Both the position numbers and the translations under genes were made by a program. Below the pieces are notes generated by a model. The model saw only the letters and a program-made list of their open reading frames with translations, searched no databases and had not been told where the DNA came from. From the NCBI GenBank assembly GCA_951406725.2, contig OX597832.1, positions 55,676,001 to 55,740,000 on the forward strand: a DNA stretch of 64,000 nucleotides, in the 5' to 3' direction. Below are positions 55,989 to 64,000 of the stretch, in pieces (positions within the stretch are counted from its first letter, which is position 1; each line of letters opens with the position of its first letter). The DNA comes from Octopus vulgaris (lineage: Eukaryota).

Positions 55989-57157
55989 CATACATATATA
56001 TGTATATGTACGGTTGTGTGTGTATGTATTATGCGCACATTCATGTATGCGTGCATGTATGATTATATTAGAAGCGGGATGTTCTGCCTTTTCATTTAAC
56101 TATTAATTTCACCATATGCGCGCGTGTATGTATATCTCCATTGAATAAGATATTGGAAAACCTGGTGCTGATTACAGGAAAAGACATCCTTCGCATTACT
56201 ACACATATACCACGGCTCTCTTTCAGTTTCTGTCTATCACATCCACTCACAAAGCCTTGGTTATAGTAAAAAACACTTGCTCAAGGTTTCACGCTGAGGA
56301 ACTTAACCCAAAATCATCTGGTTGCGAAGTAAGGTTCTTTACCTCACAGCCACGCCCAACAGCTAAATTTTAGGAGAAAGTTGTTTTCCAGTTCCTCCTT
56401 TAATCCCTCGACATCATCCAATCATTCCACTACAATAACTATATCATTCAACAAATCCGTATCTCGTAGCTTTATATCTTTGGTAGCACTTCATTCCGTA
56501 ATCAGCAAATGTTAGTCCTAATGGAGAACACATAGTTATTCCATCTTTATTTTGTATCACATGCATTGTTAACAACGAAAAGGGAGTTTGAATGTACGGA
56601 TGAAACAGTAGTTTCCACTGGATAGATAATACGCGGCTGATATACGAGGTAGTTTTATTAATACGTGTTTTGGTTGTCTGATATCATTTTATTAAAGGTT
56701 TTTTATCACTGGGTCTTTAGTAAAAACGCTTTCTATGCTTTAAGTAGATTACTTGCATATTGGGTCTCTTTTGCTTGATAGCGTTATCTCCTTGTTTTAC
56801 GCGTTGGCTTTTTTTTATTTGTGAATTGTGGCTGAGACGATTGCCTCGTTCGTGCATTTTTATGGTCCATAAATATATGTTGAGGTTTATGTTTTTCGCC
56901 GATGTGAAGAAGTTGCACTGTTTGTGTTAGGTTCCTTCTGCAACATTTATTAATTAATCAAGTGACGGACACGACTGTGTGGTTAAGAAGCTCGCTTTGC
57001 ACCCACAAAGTTTCATGTTCAATACTAGTTCACAGCACCTTGGACAAGGCCGACCAAATGCCTTCATAGTGAATTTGATAGACGGAAACTACGTGCAAGA
57101 CTATCGTATATATATACATAGTCCGGTGCCCTAACCACTGGGCCATTTAAATTTAAT

Positions 57158-57208
57158 TTGTCAAAATATTTTCGTCGCTTTGAGAGACCGCGATCTGTTC
57201 ACTGACAA
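57158..57208 (-). ncRNA. Minimal hammerhead motif with G3-C8 compensatory core
   Basis: Minus: UUGUCA-GUGAACA-G-aUCGC(11 nt)GCGAc-GAAA-AUAU-UU-UGACAA; perfect 6-bp helix I. Confidence 0.7.
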
Positions 57209-57389
57209 CATTCCGTGCAGCACGAGTCCGCTACCCTAACCTCTGAGCCATTGCACCTCCTCATATATATATATATATATATATTGGCAAAAACGGTAAG
57301 ATAACAAAAGAAAGAAAGAGACCTCAATATTATGTAAATAGAGGAAATTTATCTATAAAATAATATGTTACATTTACTCAATTGTCAAG

Positions 57390-57460
57390 ATAAAACTCTG
57401 AGTTTCAGATGCCGAAGTGTTGTGGATTTCCACTTCGGCATCTGAAACTCAGAGTTTTAT
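57390..57460. repeat. Perfect inverted repeat, 30-bp arms, 11-nt spacer, in an insert (57285-57467) between (TA)n tracts
   Basis: 57390-57419 is the reverse complement of 57431-57460. Confidence 0.93.
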
Positions 57461-57461
57461 A

Positions 57462-57568
<107 letters not shown>

Positions 57569-57935
57569 AACACGCACGCAGCACGCATACACGCATACAG
57601 ACAGACAGACACACACATACACACACACAAATATATGTGCTAACAAAAAAAGCAGCATGTTTACTGTATGAATGAACGACGAGTAACTTGATTCCTGTCT
57701 GCTGGGTTCGTTTCTCTTTTCCCCCAATCTCAAATTGGTGCTAACAAACATACAGTGTGCGTTGCTGTTCCTGCTAACATCTTAACTGTGAATTTATAAT
57801 GTATCCGCGATCTATTTATGACTTGTAATACGGTATGAATGTGTGTTTGTAGTTTATGAGAGTTTATTACGGAAGTCGTGCAAAGCTATGTTATTCACGA
57901 CAGTTATCTCGGCCGACGACTGTTCAGCTTGCAAT

Positions 57936-58482
57936 CTCTTCTTCTTCTTCTTCTTCTTCTTCTTCTTCTTCTTCTTCTTCTTCTTCTTCTTTTTCTTCTT
58001 CTTCTTCTTCTTCTTCTTCTTCTTCTTCTTCTTCTTCTTCTTCTTCTTCTTCTTCTTCTTCTTCTTCTTCTTCTTCTTCTTCTTCTTCTTCTTCTTCTTC
58101 TTCTTCTTCTTCTTCTTCTTCTTCTCCTCCTCCTCCTCCTTCTTCTCCTTCTTCTTCTTCTTCTTCTTCTTCTTCTTCTTCTTCTTCTTCTTCTTCTTCT
58201 TCTTCTTCTTCTTCTTCTTCTTCTCCTTCTTCTTCTTCTCCTCCTCCTCCTCCTCCTCCTTCTTCTTCTTCTTCTTCTTCTTCTTCTTCTTCTTCTTCTC
58301 CTTCTCCTCCTCCTCCTCCTTCTCCTCCTTCTTCTTCTTCTTCTTCTCTTCTTCTTCTTCTTCTCCTTCTTCTTTTTCTTCTTCTTCTTCTTCTTCTTCT
58401 TCTTCTTCTTCTCCTCCTCCTCCTTCTTCTTCTTCTTCTTCTTCTTCTTCTTCTTCTTCTTCTTCTTCTTCTTCTTCTTCTT
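57936..58482. repeat. ~550-bp (TTC)n/(TCC)n trinucleotide tract
   Basis: Directly visible. Confidence 0.97.
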
Positions 58483-58725
58483 GAAGATTGGGAAGTTAAT
58501 AATATGTTTATTATTAACAGCAATTTAATCATCTTCCCTTACAGCTGTTTCAAACAATACTCAGTAAATATTAAGCAAATATCAAATTTATATTTATGTG
58601 ACCTGAGCATAATATCTTCAGAGCGGAAAAATTATACTCTTAGATATCTTGTATATATATTCATGGATTCATTATGGCAGACTGAATGAGGCGGTTCCTT
58701 TTATATCAATATATATACTATATAT

Positions 58726-58761
<36 letters not shown>

Positions 58762-58999
58762 TTACCATTTTAAGGAAATTAATTCCCCCTAAAATACTAC
58801 GTATTGAACCAGTATTTCCTTGGATAAAACCATCCCTTCATGAGGTTAACACAACCTCTAATCGAAGTATATGTATTTACGTATTTCATGGTATTTTCAC
58901 CGTTGGTGACGTCCTTTACCCATATATGCATGTACATATATATATATATGTATGTATGTGTGCGTGTGTGCTTTATTTATTATTTATGATATATATATA

Positions 59000-59054
<55 letters not shown>

Positions 59055-59294
59055 AATAAAATAGAACATATGCATATATATAAACATATATGTACGTACC
59101 TACCTCTACATGTACATATACACGCATATATGTGTACAGGACACCAAAAAGACGTCGAACACATAGAGAGACGAAAAACATAGACACAAACCAAGGAACA
59201 AGACAAGCAAAAAAAAAAGGAGATACAGGACAATAAGCACAACGAAAAATCCCCTTCTTCAGTCGCTAAGATTTCATCTACTAAACGTTTCGAA

Positions 59295-59374
<80 letters not shown>

Positions 59375-59699
59375 GTATATACATGCATATATATATGTGT
59401 ATATACATGCGTATATATATATATATATATATATATACACTTTACATATGTGTGGAGAGGTATATACGTGTGTGTGTGTGTATGTATGTGCGTGTGTGTC
59501 TGCGTGTGTGTGTGTGTGTGTGTAGCTAAAATTAACTCTTCCCAACATAGACAACCACCAGACTAGTCTCTTTGAATCTTTGATTGATATGGATTGTATT
59601 AATCACCGGACCACACTGCTCACCTAACCGCAACGGCGCTACTGCTACACGTCTAAATATCTTAGACGTCTTCGATTCCATTGGATTGATTGGCCAATA

Positions 59700-59960
59700 G
59701 TTTTACTCATGTGCATTTTCCTCCTACGGCCTTTTCTTCTATCTCCTCTAAACTGACCTCCGATCTTCTGAACCACCTTTCTACATCTACCATCCAAACA
59801 GACAGATTCATCCGACATCCTGGTCTCTCACCCATTATTCCCGTTATCCTTAATGCGTCTGACTTCACGCCGAATCCTACAGCAAACATTGTGCACAATC
59901 AGTCCTCTTTATAATTGCAATTGTCTGCAATTCTCTTCCGCCCACGATGTTTCTGCTGAC
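59700..59960 (-). mobile_element. Ancient RTE-like LINE C-terminal remnant
   Basis: ITGIMGERPG...WMVDVERW...LEEIEEKA resembles the GxRxxGRP..WxDxV..W tail of RTE ORFs. Confidence 0.45.
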
Positions 59961-60144
59961 ATCGACCTATTGATGTGCAAACGGAACATTAGTCGAATCA
60001 ATCTCATCAGCGTGGAAACCACTACAGAGACCAACAGGACTACACTTTATAGTCAGACTAATAAATAAGATAAAGAACCGAAAATTATTTGATGGTATTC
60101 ATAGCAACATGGTGCATTCATAACAATATTATGGATGTAGTTAG

Positions 60145-60902
60145 GGCGGCGAGCTGGCAGAAACGTTAGGACGCCGGGCGAAATGAGTAGCCGTATTTCG
60201 TCTGCCGTTACGTTCTGAGTTCAAATTCCGCCGAGGTCGACTTAGCCTTTTTTCCTTCGGGGTCGATTAAATAAGTACCAGTTACACACTGGGGTCGATA
60301 TAATCGACTTAATCCTTTTGGCTGTCCTTGTTTGTCCCCTCTGTGTTTAGCCCCTTGTGGGCAGTAAAGAAATAGGTATTTCGTCTGCCGCTACGTTCTG
60401 AGTTCAAATTCTGCCGAGGTCGACTTTGCCTTTCACCCTTTCGGGGTCGATTAAATAAGTACCAGTTACGCACCGGAGTCGATATAATCGACTTAATCCG
60501 TTTGTCTGTCCTTGTTTGTCCCTTCTATGTTTAGCCCCTTATGGGTGATTAAAAAAATAGGTATTTCGTCCGTCTTTACGTTCTGAGTTCAAATTCCGCC
60601 GAGGTCGACTTTGCCTTTCATCCTTTCGGGGTCAATCAATTAAGTACAAGTCGAGTACGGGGATCGATGTAATCGACTATCCCGCTCTCCCCAATTTCAG
60701 GCTTTGTGCCTATGCTAGAAAGGAATATTCTGGATGTGTTTAGGGTGTTGAGCAGGCAGAATCGTTAGCTCAACAAACAAAATGCTTAGCGGCATTTCGT
60801 CCGTCTTTATGTTCTGAGTTCAAATCTCGCCGAGGTCGACTTTGCCTTTCATTCATTCAGTGATCGATAAAATAAGTACCAGTTGTCTGCTGGGGTCGAT
60901 GT
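60145..60902 (+). mobile_element. Trimeric SINE family B plus an older copy
   Basis: Head at 60145, three tandem units, tail near 60725; second head near 60745. Confidence 0.92.
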
Positions 60903-60954
60903 GAAATCAATATATATTCTCCCTATACTACCTCTCTTTCTCTCCCTTTAATTT

Positions 60955-62485
60955 TCACTCCTTCCCTTCTCTCTCATTCTCTCTCTCCCCTTCTCTCTCA
61001 TCCCGTCCCTTCTCTCTCACTCGTCCCCTTCTCTTTCATTCCTTCCCTTCTCTCTCACTCCTTCCCTTCTCTCTCACTCCTTCCCTTCTCTCTCACTCCT
61101 TCCCTTCTCTCTCACCCCTTCCCTTCTCTCATCCCTTCCCTTCTCTCTCACTCGTCCCCTTCTCTTTCATTCGTTCCCTTCTCTCTTACTCCTTCCCTTC
61201 TCTCTTACTCCTTCCCTTCTCTTTCACTCCTTCCCTTCTCTCTCACTCCTTCCCTTCTCTCTCACTCCTTCCCTTCTCTCTCACTCCTTCCCTTCTCTCT
61301 CACCCATTCCCTTCTCTCTCACTCGTTCCCTTCTCTCTCACTCGTTCCCTTCTCTCTCACTCCTTCCCTTCTCTCTCACTCCTTCCCTTCTCTTTCACTC
61401 CTTCCCTTCTCTCTCACTCGTCCCCTTCTCTTTCATTCGTTCCCTTCTCTCTCACTCCTTCCCTTCTCTTTCACTCCTTCCCTTCTCTCTCACTCCTTCC
61501 CTTCTCTTTCACTCCTTCCCTTCTCTCTCACTCCTTCCCTTCTCTCTCACTCCTTCCCTTCTCTTTCACTCCTTCCCTTCTCTCTCACTCGTCCCCTTCT
61601 CTTCCATTCGTTCCCTTCTCTCTCACTCGTTCCCTTCTCTCTCACTCGTTCCCTTCTCTCTCACTCCTTCCCTTCTCTTTCACTCCTTCCCTTCTCTCTC
61701 ACTCGTCCCCTTCTCTTTCATTCGTTCCCTTCTCTCTCACTCCTTCCCTTCTCTTTCACTCCTTCCCTTCTCTCTCACTCGTCCCCTTCTCTTTCATTCG
61801 TTCCCTTCTCTTTCACTCCTTCCCTTCTCTTTCACTCCTTCCCTTCTCTCTCACTCCTTCCCTTCTCTTTCACTCCTTCCCTTCTCTCTCACTCGTCCCA
61901 TTCTCTTTCATTCGTTCCCTTCTCTCTCACTCGTTCCCTTCTCTCTCACTCCTTCCCTTCTCTCTCACTCCTTCCCTTCTCTTTCACTCCTTCCCTTCTC
62001 TCTCACTCGTCCCCTTCTCTTTCATTCGTTCCCTTCTCTCTCACTCCTTCCCTTCTCTTTCACTCCTTCCCTTCTCTCTCACTCGTTCCCTTCTCTCTCA
62101 CCCATTCCCTTCTCTCTCACTCGTTCCCTTCTCTCTCACTCGTTCTCTTCTCTCTCACTCGTTCCCTTCTCTCTCACTCGTTCCCTTCTCTCTCACTCGT
62201 TCCCTTCTCTCTCACTCGTTCCCTTCTCTTTCACTCGTTCCCTTCTCTCTCACTCGTCCCCTTCTCTTTCATTCGTTCCCTTCTCTCTCACTCCTTCCCT
62301 TCTCTTTCACTCCTTCCCTTCTCTTTCACTCCTTCCCTTCTATCTCACTCGTCCCCTTCTCTTTCATTCGTTCCCTTCTCTCTCACTCCTTCCCTTCTCT
62401 CTCACTCCTTCCCTTCTCTCTCACTCCTTCCCTTCTCTTTCACTCCTTCCCTTCTCTCTCACTCCCTCCCTTCCCTCTCACTCTC
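60955..62485. repeat. 19-bp polypyrimidine minisatellite (CTCCTTCCCTTCTCTCTCA), about 80 units
   Basis: Directly visible, with a few recurring variant units. Confidence 0.96.
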
Positions 62486-62769
62486 CTCCCTACCTCTCGT
62501 TTATAAATCTCATTTCTCCCACTCATCTCTCAACTCCTTCTTTCATCCACACTCTCCCCTCTCTTCCTTCCTTCCTTCCTTCCTTCCTTCCTTCCTTCCT
62601 TCCTGCCTGCCTTCCTTCTTTCTTTCCTTCCATCCTTTCTCTCTAACCCCGGCTCATTCAGTAAACTCGCGCAATAATTTTCGCTTTCAAGAGAAACCAT
62701 TAAGAAATGCTGCGAAAGCTTTCATTAAATGAAGAGAGAAAAAATTAAACAAAACAAAACAAAACAAAA

Positions 62770-63305
62770 CAAAAGGCAAAAACAAAATCAAAAAACAAAA
62801 AAAAGCAAACACAAAAACAAAAAAAAGACAAAAGACAAAATCAAAACCACAAAACAAAAAAAAAAGCATACACAAAAACAAAAAAAAAAAGACAAAATCA
62901 AAACCACAAAACAAAAAAAAAGCATACACAAAAACAAAAAAAAAAAGACAAAATCAAAACCACAAAAACAAAAAAAAGCATACACAAAAACAAAAAAAAA
63001 AAGACAAAATCAAAACCACAAAACAAAAAAAAAAGCATACACAAAAACAAAAAAAAAAAGACAAAATCAAAACCACAAAACAAAAAAAAAGCATACACAA
63101 AAACAAAAAAAAAAAGACAAAATCAAAACCACAAAACAAAAAAAAAGCATACACAAAAACAAAAAAAAACAAGACAAAATCAAAACCACAAAACAAAAAA
63201 AAAGCAAACACAAAAACAAAAAAAGACAAAAACAAAATCAAAAAACAAAAAAAAAGCATACACAAAAACAAAAAAAAAAAAACAAGACAAAGGCAAAACA
63301 CAAAA
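62770..63305. repeat. ~57-bp A/C-rich minisatellite, about 9 units
   Basis: GACAAAATCAAAACCACAAAAC(A)nGCATACACAAAAAC(A)n repeated. Confidence 0.93.
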
Positions 63306-63717
63306 AAAAAACAACAACAAAATGCAAAAACGCGTTGCTAAAATTTCTTGAGGCGCGTCAAGCAATATCTGTTTATCTTGTAATATTTGAAACATAAACA
63401 GCCTCAGTGAAGATGTTAGACATTCAAACTTTTTTAAGTTTCGGGTCTCCTCGTCTGTATGTGTTGACATTAAAACTGCGAATATTCTGGAACACACCCA
63501 ACGACAGACGGCAAACGCCACAAAAGGGCGGCACGACCCGTTGTCTTTCTATATGCCTGTGTATGAACCTGTGTGCATGTGTGTATCTGTCTGTGTGTGT
63601 GTGTGTGTGAGTGCGTATATAATGAGGCATGTGTCTGTATGTTCTGTCTGCGTGTGTTCATAGGTCAACAGAAACCTATTCCTGTGGCTATGTATGGCTC
63701 TGATAGTTTTTTTTTTG

Positions 63718-63763
<46 letters not shown>

Positions 63764-64000
63764 CATCATTATTATTATATGTTTTATTTACGTTTCTGTA
63801 TGTATACATGTATAAACAAATACACCCTTGGATAGATACTCTTGTGTACGTGTGTATGTATGTATGTATGTATGTATGTATGTATGTATGTATGTATGTA
63901 TGTATGTACGTATGCATGTATGTATGTGTGTGTGTATACAGAGAGAGAGAGGGAGAGATAGATACTTTCATTTATGCATTTATACACATATGTGTGTATA

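Noticed and set aside
58800-58850. CTCATGA...GAAA hammerhead-like string on the minus strand
   Set aside because: Core G5 is missing and there is no helix I; too degenerate to support.

Overview
Repeat-saturated, AT-rich eukaryotic DNA. The SINE families and microsatellite load suggest an Octopus (coleoid cephalopod) genome; this is inference, not checked by search. Almost every ORF in the track is a microsatellite or SINE artefact, and no complete gene is visible. Supported content: dozens of tRNA-derived SINEs from several modular families; LINE 3' fragments (RTE-like, Tx1-like, R4/Dong-like); two internally deleted mariner copies; a pogo/Tigger remnant; piggyBac- and hAT-type MITEs; a foldback element enclosing TTAGGG repeats; three minisatellites. 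There is a probable first coding exon of a minus-strand host gene at about 1.2 kb and a possible plus-strand promoter/first exon at about 18.6 kb. The most interesting signal is a set of short non-coding inserts from at least five unrelated sequence families, lodged in or beside (TA)n/(TTA)n tracts. They carry minimal type-I hammerhead ribozyme motifs of the Penelope-like element/retrozyme kind, one with a compensatory G3-C8 core. Five of them have an asymmetric fold-back structure (inverted copy + sense copy + one-sided tail), and in two or three the junction falls on ribozyme helix II. A ~1 kb inversion that splits two SINEs can also be reconstructed. SINE and LINE boundaries are approximate, read by eye.
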